Source: Epiperipatus broadwayi
Lineage: Eukaryota; Animalia; Onychophora
Assembly: GCA_028023455.1 (NCBI GenBank)
Contig: JAQFVV010000003.1
Span: forward strand, 14,074,001-14,138,000
DNA: 64,000 bases
Reading direction: 5' to 3'
Position 1 is the first letter of the stretch. Every line of letters starts with the position of its first letter. Of the stretch, positions 53,273-64,000 are shown in pieces. Both the position numbers and the translations under genes were made by a program. The notes beneath the pieces are model-generated. The model worked only from the letters and a program-made list of their open reading frames with translations, was not told where the DNA came from and searched no databases.

Positions 53273-55051
53273 TCATTTTATTAGCATATTACACCCCACA
53301 TCCTCATCTTTTCCCTTAGTTTTTAATTCATCATCTTTCTTATCATAGGAGTCATTGTTTAATTCTGCCAAATTAATATTCAACATTATTTGATTATCAC
53401 CATTATTATCTTTTGTAACTTTATTAATCTTTTGATGTGTATTTCTTTTGAGTGTTTTGATACTATCCTCATTACCATTTATTTGCTTGTTGCTAAGTTC
53501 TTCTGTTTTGATACTATCTTCATTATCATTTATTTGTTGGTTGATAAGTTCTACCGATTGTGTTATCATAACCCTGTCTTCGTTTTCATTTTCCATTTGC
53601 GAGTCTGTGTTATTCTCATCAAATGAATCTATAAGACTATCAATACCTGTGACATTTCCAACCTGCAATAGATCATTTTGGCCTGGTAACAATTCAACTT
53701 CATCTAATATGTCCATATTTTTTAATTTATCAATTTCTTCTTCATACAATAAATGCTCGTCTCCTGTGTTACTAACTATATTAGCCCATGTCTTAATTGA
53801 TGATGATACATTACATAGGTGATTTAATCGGTCAAATTTGTTACACTTCATGCAGTTAGCAGTGTCACAGCCTGCTGCAATATGCCCCACTCGATTACAT
53901 TTAAAACACAATGGTGATCTACCCTTTATTATTATGGAAATGGGCATTTGATCTTTTGTTATTTTATGTGTATCTGTTCTTTCGTTACCCCTTTCTTTGA
54001 TTTAAGTACTACTGTCCATGAGTTTGACGGAATTTGGAAGGCTGTGCCCGGCGTCATTTCTCTTTCCAAATTTATTATCTCAGCATAATCCAATAGTTGG
54101 ATTTTAAAAAATTCAACATTGAAACTTGGAGGTGTATGCAGTATTCTTCCATAGACCAATGGATTGGGATCTTTTGTAACGTAGTAAATTTTTTTATTTT
54201 GAATTTGCTTAATTATGTTTTCAGCTTTATCTTTTTATTCTTTATTTAAATATTCAATCGAAACGAACCCTCTAGCGGGAAAAAAAGAAGTATATTTGAC
54301 AGTGTTAATGAGTTCATGAAAATATAGAGCCTTTAAGTATTCATCGATATCTGGTTTATCAAGTATATGTTCCCCTGTTATTATATTAGTTTGAATAATT
54401 AAGCTAAAAATTGATGTACTTGGTGACATACACTTTACAAATATCTTTTTCCAGTATTCATTTAATTTCACGAAAGATTTTGTTGTAAGTTTCTTGCTAC
54501 TTATATTATCAGCATAGTTATCATTAACATCAATAAATTGAGTTTTATTCACAGAGTTTATTTGATTATCTACTACATCTCCCTTTTTAATTAATTTTGA
54601 TCTCAATCCAGCTTGTTTTATTGCATCAGATTGTAAGCTCAAAACTTCACTTGAGTCAAAATTATTATCGCTATCCATTTTCCTTTTTTTATTATTATTT
54701 AGTATTACGCACTCTGGATTTTCTAGGCCAACGTTACTACTTAGGCTTTTTTCAGTTTTTTTGCTAATAATTGCTTTTTCCGTAAGTGCTATATTGTTTT
54801 CTTGATTTATTTGTATGCTGTTTTAAATTTATACTATCACTATTATTATCATTTTCTTCTCTACTTTTATTTAAAGTAGTATCACTATTATATTTCCTTA
54901 ATTTACTTTCTTTTCTCAGAGACTTAAACGCAATTTTCTCATTATGATTTTTATTTTCCTCCAGATTATTAGTATCTAAGACTTTAAATTTATCTTTAAC
55001 TTCACAAATACTTACTTTGGTATTCTCGTTCTTTTTATTCTTTCGCCCCAT
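53273..55051 (-). pseudogene. L1/Tx1 ORF1 (RRM-like region + CCHC zinc knuckle), ~590 aa with 2 frameshifts and 1 stop
   Basis: Pieces 54764-55051 (MGRKNKK..), 54235-54678, 53959-54159 and 53273-53947 join by a frameshift at ~54820, an in-frame TAA at 54235-54237 and a frameshift at ~53960. Contains CFKCNRVGHIAAGC. Confidence 0.85.
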
Positions 55052-55499
55052 TTTAATTTTTTATTTTAAACAATCGTTCCCGTAAATCAAGCAGGAAAGA
55101 TACTTGCACTACCAGCCATTACTCCATTTGTCAATATTATGTATACTTTTATATATTTAACATTTTAAAACTTTTATTTATTTATTATAAATATAAAAAG
55201 AACTATGAATAAAAAAAAGTTCTATATTTTGACAGTGGTAATATATTTCAAAACAAATTATCTTTTGCAGAAAACTCTTATTTAAGAAAATTTATTTTCT
55301 CCAAATGCAGTTCAGTTTGCCACTACATGTTTCATTTTAACATTTAATGAACAGTGGATTTAATGAATATATGAGTAAACAACGAATTATTACATTACAT
55401 GAAGAGATTCATTAAAAAAAAATATTTTAATGCCTATTATATATATTAAATATTTTAAAATTATTTATTTTAGAAACTTAATTTTTTTTATTTCATTTT

Positions 55500-56455
55500 T
55501 ATTTACAACTGTCAAACTCACTCCACTCACAACTTTGACACCATCCACCTCAGATAAATACAATAATCATTTTCTAAACTAGAGATTATCTCTAGCATAG
55601 ATATAAACTTTAAATCTCAATTAAAGATTAATATATCTGATTTTTTAATTTTAAACATATACACACATGGAGTTATTCACTTTCTCTTTCCCATGTATAA
55701 TATCTTTACAGATATATTAAACAATCTCCATACTTCTCCATTCTTTTTAAATTCATATAAATAAAGATAAAATAAAAGATAAATGACCCCCAAGATGCAT
55801 TTCATGCTGAACCAGCACTCATCAATTGGTCCAGATCACTATCGCCCATATGTATCTGTATTATATGAAGTGTATTTATCTATAATAAATTGTTAATTTT
55901 TATTTCCCATTGTCAAACTCACTCCACTCACAACTTTGATACTATCCATCTCAGATAAATACAATAATGATTACTACTAATCATTTTCTAAACTAGAGAT
56001 TATCTCTAGAACAAATATAAACTTTAAACCTCAGTTAAAGATTAATATATCTGATTTTTTTAATTGTAAGCTTACACACACATTGAGTTATTCATCTTTC
56101 TCTTTCCCATGTGTAATATCTTTATAGATATAGTAAACAACCTCCATACTTCCCCATTCTTTTTAAATTCATATAAATACAGATACAATAAAAGACAAAT
56201 GACCTCAAGATACATTTCATGCTGAACCAGCACTCGTCAGTTGGCTCAGGTCAGTATATGTCATATATATCTCTATTATAGGAAGAGTATTTATCTTTAG
56301 TAAATTATTACATTTTTATTTACAACTGTCAAACTCACTCACTCACAACTTCCACCTCAGATAAATACAATAATGACTATTACTAATCATTTTCTAAACT
56401 AGAGATTATGTCTAGTACAGATATAAACTTTAAACCTCAGTTAAAGATTAAATGC
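55500..56455. repeat. Tandem repeat, ~2.3 copies of a ~410-bp unit
   Basis: The unit start TGTCAAACTCACTCCACTCACAACTT...CTCAGATAAATACAATAAT...TTTCTAAACTAGAGATTAT recurs at ~55510, ~55911 and ~56328. Confidence 0.9.
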
Positions 56456-57408
56456 CTATGCAAAACAATCACAAGATTTTATAATATTTAAATATTTTTT
56501 CCAATTTTGAAGAAAAGTACAAAAGATAATTAAATAATAAAACATTTGTTTGACAGAACATCCAAAAATAAAATATCCTGTTGAACATGATGTTTGTTTT
56601 GTGTAGAAACAAAGTGAAAGTCATACCTATTAATGAATAGATTGGCAATTTTAGTGTAATAAGTATTCGTTTTGTAAAATATTAATGTAGAAATGAATTA
56701 ATTATAACCAAAACATGTAACTTCTTGGGATTATTTGGTTTGGGAGGGGGGGGGGGGACAATAAAATGCTAAAATAGTTAACACAATTCTGAAAATTTGA
56801 AATATAATAAAAAAATGTAAGAAATAACTATTGAGAATATTTTTAATAATTTTTTTGTATTTTTTAATTATTTCATTTTTTCCTACTTTTATGTATGTAA
56901 AACTTATTTCATAAAAAAAGAAAATATTATCAGGACAGTCTCATGGGCCATAGTTAGGGGACCTAGATTTATAGGCATTTGAATTATTTTATTGGATAGC
57001 ATTTTATTAAAAAATAATAATTTTCTTGAATTTGTGAACTTTAAAGAGTTTCAGAAAACCATTGCTCCATATTTGTAAATTGACAAGAGATCATTAAAAG
57101 TAACATTAATCTTTATTTAAAAAGCCATTCAATGTGGATAATCAGAGATAAAATGTCACAGCTGCTTCATTCTGGCCTATTCTGAAGATGTATTACTTTC
57201 ATCTATTGTCACTTGTAAGAATAAATAATAATAATAGTTTATTTTTAATTTCAACTTTGTGAATTCTCATTTGTGAAAAAAAAAACTGTACTAAAAGCAA
57301 AACTTTATTAACTATAAAAATACTGTGGTTCTTAGCAAAATGTAGCAATGTTTGTAACAGAGATAAGGGAATAAGACTCGGTCTAAAAGCTAACAAATTA
57401 GCATATTA

Positions 57409-58341
57409 CACCTGGGTCTCGTTTTACGCAATAGATAGGTTCCTCAGAAAACACTTGCAAATGAAATCATGCAAAAATAGACGTAACTTACCTTGAAAAA
57501 GGGGGGATATGGGCTGTGATTATTCAAAAATCGCATAAAAGCAAAGCACCAACGTAAAATTACTTTATAATTCGCGCAAAAAAAAATAAGGAAATAAAAT
57601 ATGACTAATAAAAAATTTCAAATTTGAAAAAAATTGATACAAGACAAACTTTTTTTAACTATAATATTTAATTTTATTCAAAACAATATATTTTTATGCA
57701 TAATTTAAAGTAATTTATATTTTTTTATACACATTTTAATTATTATCGCTATTTGCCGGTAAAAAGGTTCGTTTGCAAACTGATAAAAAAACCAGATTCT
57801 TCACAAGATTAAATATAACTAGCGCCAACGTCACTCATATTGTGTTAATTAATGGTTTTCTGGTGACAACGTAATTAGTAATTAATCTAACAACTAAAAA
57901 TTAAATTATTATTTTTGTCTTTAATTTTCAATTTTAATTGTGCCCACTGCTATTACTCAACTTTTAAAAATAAAATTACGTTCTTTTTTAAAAAGCAAAA
58001 ACAGAATGTGATTTAAAATGCAAAATTAACACGCACAATGTTTGAACAAATTTACATTATAATCTTGTAAAATTTAATGTGTGTATACATAAAATGTGAA
58101 AATCATGATTTTAATTTCATTATTGCATAAAATCTTACTATTATAAAGCACTGAAAATATTGAAATTACTAAGTTGAAAGTCGAATTTCAATAATGTGCT
58201 ATTACTTTCAATATAACGTAAGTGCGCAAAATTTATTATTTAAAGTAATAGCGCAATATTGGAGTTTGACTTCCGGTGAAACACAAATCGCGTAACTTCA
58301 AAATCGTGTTAAATAAGTCCGTGTAAAAAGAGACCCAGGTG
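57409..58341. mobile_element. Non-autonomous Tc1/mariner (pogo/Tigger-type) element, 933 bp
   Basis: TIRs CACCTGGGTCTCGTTTTACGC / CACCTGGGTCTCTTTTTACAC (19/21), flanked by TA on both sides. The interior retains many CpGs. Confidence 0.85.
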
Positions 58342-58349
58342 TATTTGAA

Positions 58350-59500
58350 AAATGCATTAATTAGTTAAAGCAAGCCACTTTTTACAAAGGAGGATGCAAT
58401 ATTCTTTCCTATTGATGGTATAATTATTTTTAGAAATGTGCCAAGCCTCTTTGACTTTTTACTTGGTGTCATTGCATTCTGAGCAAATGATGTTGAAATA
58501 TGTGGGCTCAAATTGATGACCAGAATTAGTGAAATGCTAAAAAAAACTGATGTCATGTCTGAATGTGTTTTTCCCAGTTATATATGTATTTATGCTGAGC
58601 CAATTGGTTAGCCAGGTTAGTCCAAGATTCACCATAGTAAACTGATGGACAGGAAGAATCCTGGCATTTAATTTTATATACAATTTGAGAATGAAGATCT
58701 GATGATAGTCTATCTTTTGAAATATTGATTAACTGGTACAAAGGAGGAGGAATGTGGAGTCCAACTTGAAGGGTAGGAATGATAATTTTACAAATTAAAT
58801 GAGTGACTTTGGGTATGTAAGGAAGAGAAAGCCAAGTTTTACCATTAGTTGTTGAGGGTGGGTATCACATTTTATAATAAAAGTTCTCGACAGTTTGAAT
58901 GAGAGATGAAAACTTAAATCCAATGTTGTGCAGGTCAGATATGTATATGTCAATATTATTTTTACCATCAGACTCACATTTACACAGATAAAAATTTCAA
59001 AATAAGAATGCATTAAGCTCTGCCTGAAATAATATATAAGACAAACAATAAAATTTAAATTTAAAACATTTGAAAAATAGTTCTATCATCCTTTGAACAA
59101 TTCTATAAGTTCATTTTCTATGATCCAAAAACTTAATACTTTTTCAAATTTATATACTGCTATATTGTCTATAGATATTTGTATAAAAATGTTGGAAAAA
59201 ATAAAGATCCTTTAAAATTTTTTTTTTTTTTTTTACTGTATGGTTTAAAAGTAAAAGTTTCTTTTACTCAATCAGCCATACAAGTTGTTATTGAGGAAAT
59301 CATCTAAGATGGATTTCCAAACTAACAACAAGGCAAAAGGGGGGGGGGGCTAACAATCAGATAACAAATATGTGAAAGATCTAATGTTCACACCATATTG
59401 GGCAACATAGACTCATTCAGAACCCAAACGGAAATAACAAGATAGTTAGAACAACAATGTAAACCCCAATTGTATGATTACACATCACTGTATACATTAG
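58350..59500 (-). mobile_element. Penelope-like element remnant (RT thumb + GIY-YIG)
   Basis: SQIVYKIKCQDSSCPSVYYGESWTNLANQLAQH is a GIY-YIG signature (VY.I.C..C...Y.GE...L..R..EH). Upstream RT-like fragments are weak. Confidence 0.6.
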
Positions 59501-60199
59501 AAATAATAAATTATTATTGAAACTAAGATGGATTTTTTTTTTCAATATTTTGTTATTTATCACTTTCATATCTCATTGTAAAATAAAAAAAGATTTAAAA
59601 CTTCTTGCAATGGTTTGTTTACCAATTTATAACTCTTGTAACATATAAGTCAATATATTTAATAGCTATATTCTTTTCTTTTTTAACAGTCCATTTCAAA
59701 CTGGTTAACTTGTTTAACTCATACATGAGACAATTTATGCTATCTTCATGTCTATCGACAAAAACATCATCAACATAAAATTGCAATTATTGAAAATCTC
59801 ATATGTAGACAAATCAAATAATAGTAATAATATTATTGGTTATTTGTTTAGGAATCATATGACATTCAAGGACTAGAAATGGCAGGTTGAGCTTTGATCT
59901 GAGAATTCTTAGCTTTCAAGTTCATCACTTTACGATACTCTAAACAGCATAAAGAAAAAAGTAAAAGGACTTTATGTTTGGAAGATCATGTGGCAATGAG
60001 CTTTGATTCAAGGACTTTTAGTATTTGAGTCAGTGAATAATTTTGTTTACTATACTTTAGTTGCACTTTATAGATTTTTGAGAAAGTCTGAAATGTTATC
60101 TGCTTCTGGGACTTTTCATAGGTGAAGGCAATCAAAAGCAAATTCACATTTGTTAACAACTGATTTTATCAGGTTTGGATATATATATATATTGCAGCA

Positions 60200-61950
60200 G
60201 GGCAGATATAATCAAATCCTGTTGCGATAATTAGACAAATACGTATTCGTATACTTAATGCATTATTAAAATATATATATATATCTTATTACTAACGTAT
60301 TATTAAAAATATATATTACTTTACTAACAAAACCAATATTTACAAGTTGATGTACAATCAACGGTCATTTGCGTGGTCGTATTGAATTGATTTAGTTATT
60401 TTAATTAAAAAGAACTCATAAAAGAGGTATGGGGGGGGGGTTTATACATTTGCTCTGATTTTTTCTTTCTTTTGCCAAACCCAGCTATACACATCGCTAT
60501 GTATATGTGTGAGTGCATTTGAAAAATGAAAAATTCACAAAATAAAAAGGAAACATTTTGTTTGATAAACTTTTTAAATATATACATATTAAGTCAACAA
60601 AAGAACTATAAATGTCAAGATGGAAGACTGATTTTGCAGAACAATGGAAGTAATTATTATAAAAATCGTGGAATGTCTAATGCTAATTAAATATTACTTG
60701 GAAAGAAATAGGTGTAAAAAGTTTTTGTGATGCATTCCAACAAAGGCATACGGAATGTGAATGGAAATATAATTGAAAATGAATGAAAAGAAAGATAAAT
60801 TCGATAATTAAAAAAAAAAATAAAAGAATTAAGGATTAGTATAAGTTTGGGAGGAGAAGAAAGCGGACGGTAGACTGATATACAGAAATAAGAATTCAGA
60901 GATCAACGTGATATATTGATAAAATATGGTCAGGTTGGGGTAGAAGCTTCAACGTGTGAGGTATTCGAATCCTTCCACTGAATGTCTAGCAGCTGCCAAT
61001 ATCAGAGAAGGGACGTCCAGCCCGGAGAATTGCCTCAATAAGTAACAATGTTGAATCGTCATAAGATGAAGAAAATAAATAAATAAATAGGCTTCAGCCA
61101 TGGAATCCGAACTTCAAAAAAATCTGTTCATCATCCAAGGACCGGAGATTTCTTTTCACCAGGTGAATTTGATCAATTCCCCAGGGAAACGCAGGTACCT
61201 TTTCTCTATTTGCAGATATATGTCACTTTTAGTAAGCTTACTCCATGAAATTGAGAAAACTGTTATTTGACAATTGTGAACTTAAAATTTCTTTTCTTTT
61301 GCACGGAGAGTTCAAAATTATTTCCTACGGGATTTATTAGTGTATAAATTAATCCATAATTAAATCTTCGGTGCAAAATACATATTATAGCGTATTTGTG
61401 TGTGTGTGGGGGGGGGGGGTTGGTAAAGAGAGAAAAGAGCAAACCAACAAAGGGGAAACTGATATGACTCTTTGAAAAAAAAAAAAAGGAAAGAAACATT
61501 AATTTAACTTGTGTAAATAATATATATTTTTTTGATAGATACGTAAATATCATTACTAATAAATATGTTTAAAATGAATGTTTTTTTTTTTTGTGTGTTG
61601 TGAGGTTTTTTTTTAAATAGAAAAAAAAAAAGAGAGGGTTAGATCTACTGCCGGTAAATTTTACCACCAGCCCTGAGCAGAGCTAATCCAGGGGCATTTC
61701 CATATTGGTATTCCAGCTATCCCAGCATAATTCTTATAGAAATATAGGATTGGCACTTGAGGTCATAAATTGATGCTCATAAATATGCTGGGCGATAAAA
61801 TGGAATAATTTAAGAATAAATATTTTTTTTAAACAATTTACGCATATACGTGTATCGTTATATATACATCGCGCAATCTTTCAAGATTATATATGTGCAT
61901 AAAATATATATGGAAAACGGTATATCCCATTATAATATATATAACACAAT
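60200..61950. promoter_or_regulatory. CpG-retaining unique region, candidate promoter/first exon
   Basis: Visibly dense CG dinucleotides in non-repeat sequence, against a CpG-poor background. Kozak-type GCCATGG at 61097-61103 is followed by an open frame and GT donors at 61163 and 61195. Confidence 0.4.
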
Positions 61951-64000
61951 TTGCAGCATCATTAATTAAATTACTTTAAAAACATTATGGATACATGTTT
62001 TGATTAGTAGAAAATTACTGTGGCATTATTTTACAGAGAAGAAAGAAATATAGCAAATTATTAACAATTACCATATACATTTAATATTAGAAAAACAAAA
62101 GAGTGATGTTTAATAATTCCATCTGAAATTCTTAGCTAACTACACTTGAGTAACAAAAGTAAAAATATTTATGATAAATACCATGGATGATGATCAAAAA
62201 GAATAATATTAGATACTATAACATCAATTTTATTTTTCAGAAAAGTTAATATTTTAGTATTCTGAATATATAATTTGAGACATATGAATGTAGAATGTCC
62301 TAATAGTAGGAAATTGAGTTGTCAGTCATCATAAAAAAAGTTCTGGGTTTTCTAAATTATGCTGACAGAAGATACTGACAGAAGATACTGGTTTATATTA
62401 GTGAATAATATAATAATTAGAACAGGAGTTGAAGATTTTTTTTTTCTGCCAAGGTTCATTTGGATACTTGTAATGAATTATTGACTTAAAAGTTAACCTG
62501 CTATATTTTGATCAAAAATTTAATTATTTTGCTCCTAATCATTAGGTGTGGACAACATTTTCACCTGAAGGCCAATTTCAACTTTCTCTTTCTATATGAG
62601 GGCCATAATTTTTTTGTGAATTAAAAATAAAATAATATTATTATTATTAATAATTGTTCCATATTTAATGACAATTTTAAAATTCATCTTAACGATATTC
62701 TCATTTTTTTTAATATTCCGGGTAAATTAATTTTTCAGCAACTAGTATATAGTCTTTTATAAATTCTCCTTCATAAAATGGTTTATAATTTTCTGTTTTT
62801 TTTTTTAAAAATAATGTAGCTTACTTTCAAAGAAATTTCTAACTTCTTTGCACTTTTTATAAATCATGTCAGTCAATTGATGCTCTTTTTCAAATTTTCT
62901 ATTTTAATATTTCTTTCCCAATTTGTTGTAATCAGAATGTTTTGATAAATACTGCCTCTTAATATTGTGTTCTTTATTAACTGAAATATTTCCCACACCT
63001 ATCAGGCATATCAATTTACTTTGTTCTATAAAAAATATGCATTGGTCCATTTCTTTTGAAATGCATGGTTTTCTGTGTCAATTTTTTTTATTGTACTCAA
63101 TGTAAACATTTTAATAATAAAAAAAAACTAATGCAAAATAATAAAAATAAAATAAAATTTGAGTTCTATTTTTGCTAGTATATGTTTGGTTCCAAAAATC
63201 ATTATAAAAGCAAACAAAATGCCCTCATATTAAACTGTAGTCAGATAGATCTCACAATATAAATAATTTTTGGGAATATTGCACCTCTGATAGAATGAAC
63301 TAAAACTATTATAAAGGTTGGAGAAAATAAATATTTAATTTTACTTAACTCTTCTTAATTCAATATTTGCTCTATATGTGTTCAAATAGTTTTATACAAG
63401 ACCATTTTATATACATTTTAAAAAATGTCTGAAGGACAGATTGAGAGCTTTTGAGAATCAGATGTTGGCTACAGACCTGAGGTTCTCCACCTGTGATTTA
63501 GAAGATAATGAAATATCGTAAATTATAATGATCCCCATTTCAAATAACATAACAAACAGTTTTATTATAATATTGTAACTAATAAAGTAAGCTTGTGCAG
63601 TCATGTTTTAATCAGAAAATTATTAAATTTTATAGAATTTTAAAATTGTTTTAAGGGTTATATATATATATTTGTATTGAGAGTGATTGTTAAAAGTTAT
63701 TTGTTAACAAAATTATTGTCAACTTCAGTGATATGAAGATAATGACATCTATTTTTAATAAGAATTTAAAAGGTATTATTAACCACTTTTTTAAAAAGAA
63801 AGGAACTAAACGAGGTTTTCATTATTATGAATTTAAAAATATATATGTATTCTTCATTAATAGATTAACTGATCTATCATAAAAAAATTGTGAATCATTA
63901 AATTTGTTGATAATTTCTATACCTTTATGGCTTGTATCTCATTTCAAGTTCTCATTAGTTAATTAAGAGCTTCAAGCTATAATATTTAATATCTAATGTG

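Larger units (their letters stand above)
49782..55125 (-). mobile_element. Full-length L1/Tx1-like LINE (5344 bp) with perfect 15-bp TSD
   Basis: ATTTGTCAATATTAT occurs at both 49767-49781 and 55126-55140. The element has a 5' G start, a 74-nt 5' UTR, ORF1 and ORF2, and a 3' UTR with a T-tract, AATAAA (49806-49811 on -) and a short A-rich tail. Confidence 0.95.

Noticed and set aside
51675-53822. Plus-strand ORFs (51675, 52200, 53390, 53448) and similar hydrophobic ORFs opposite other LINEs
   Set aside because: They are antisense shadows of A-rich retrotransposon coding strands.
54810-54835. Programmed -1 frameshift at slippery A AAT TTA / T TTA AAA in L1 ORF1
   Set aside because: The -1 frame hits TAA within a few codons. 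The downstream ORF is in the +1 frame, so a simple indel explains it.
55500-56455. Tandem 5'-UTR promoter monomers of the L1 element
   Set aside because: The 15-bp TSD places the element's 5' end at 55125, so the repeats lie outside it.
61721-61792. Pre-miRNA-like hairpin (CCCAGCATA...TATGCTGGG)
   Set aside because: Only the outer 9 bp pair, and the interior does not form a continuous stem.

Overview
AT-rich, CpG-depleted eukaryotic (invertebrate metazoan-type) genomic DNA. It is not prokaryotic, and I found no CRISPR arrays or operons. The only host gene I can confidently recognise is the 3' end of CLN3/battenin on the + strand: two coding exons (3787-3927 and 10968-11087) whose boundaries match human CLN3 as I recall it. 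The rest is mostly transposable elements. (1) A full-length L1/Tx1-like LINE (49782-55125, - strand) with a perfect 15-bp TSD and only four visible lesions. (2) An older L1/Tx1-like LINE (~26350-36135, +) that can be rejoined after removing two nested insertions: a Penelope-like element splitting the RT YMDD motif, and a Merlin (IS1595-related) DNA transposon with TIRs and a TSD. (3) A LINE with an SGNH/GDSL-esterase ORF1 (37893-42160, -) plus a second 3' fragment. (4) RTE and Penelope relics, several fold-back MITEs, two tRNA-Gly-derived pseudogenes, and many short near-perfect tandem duplications. Unexplained candidates include a 115-aa secreted-looking ORF, a CpG-retaining promoter-like region near 61 kb, and decayed hammerhead-like motifs. 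All assignments come from by-eye motif recognition; no database searches were run.
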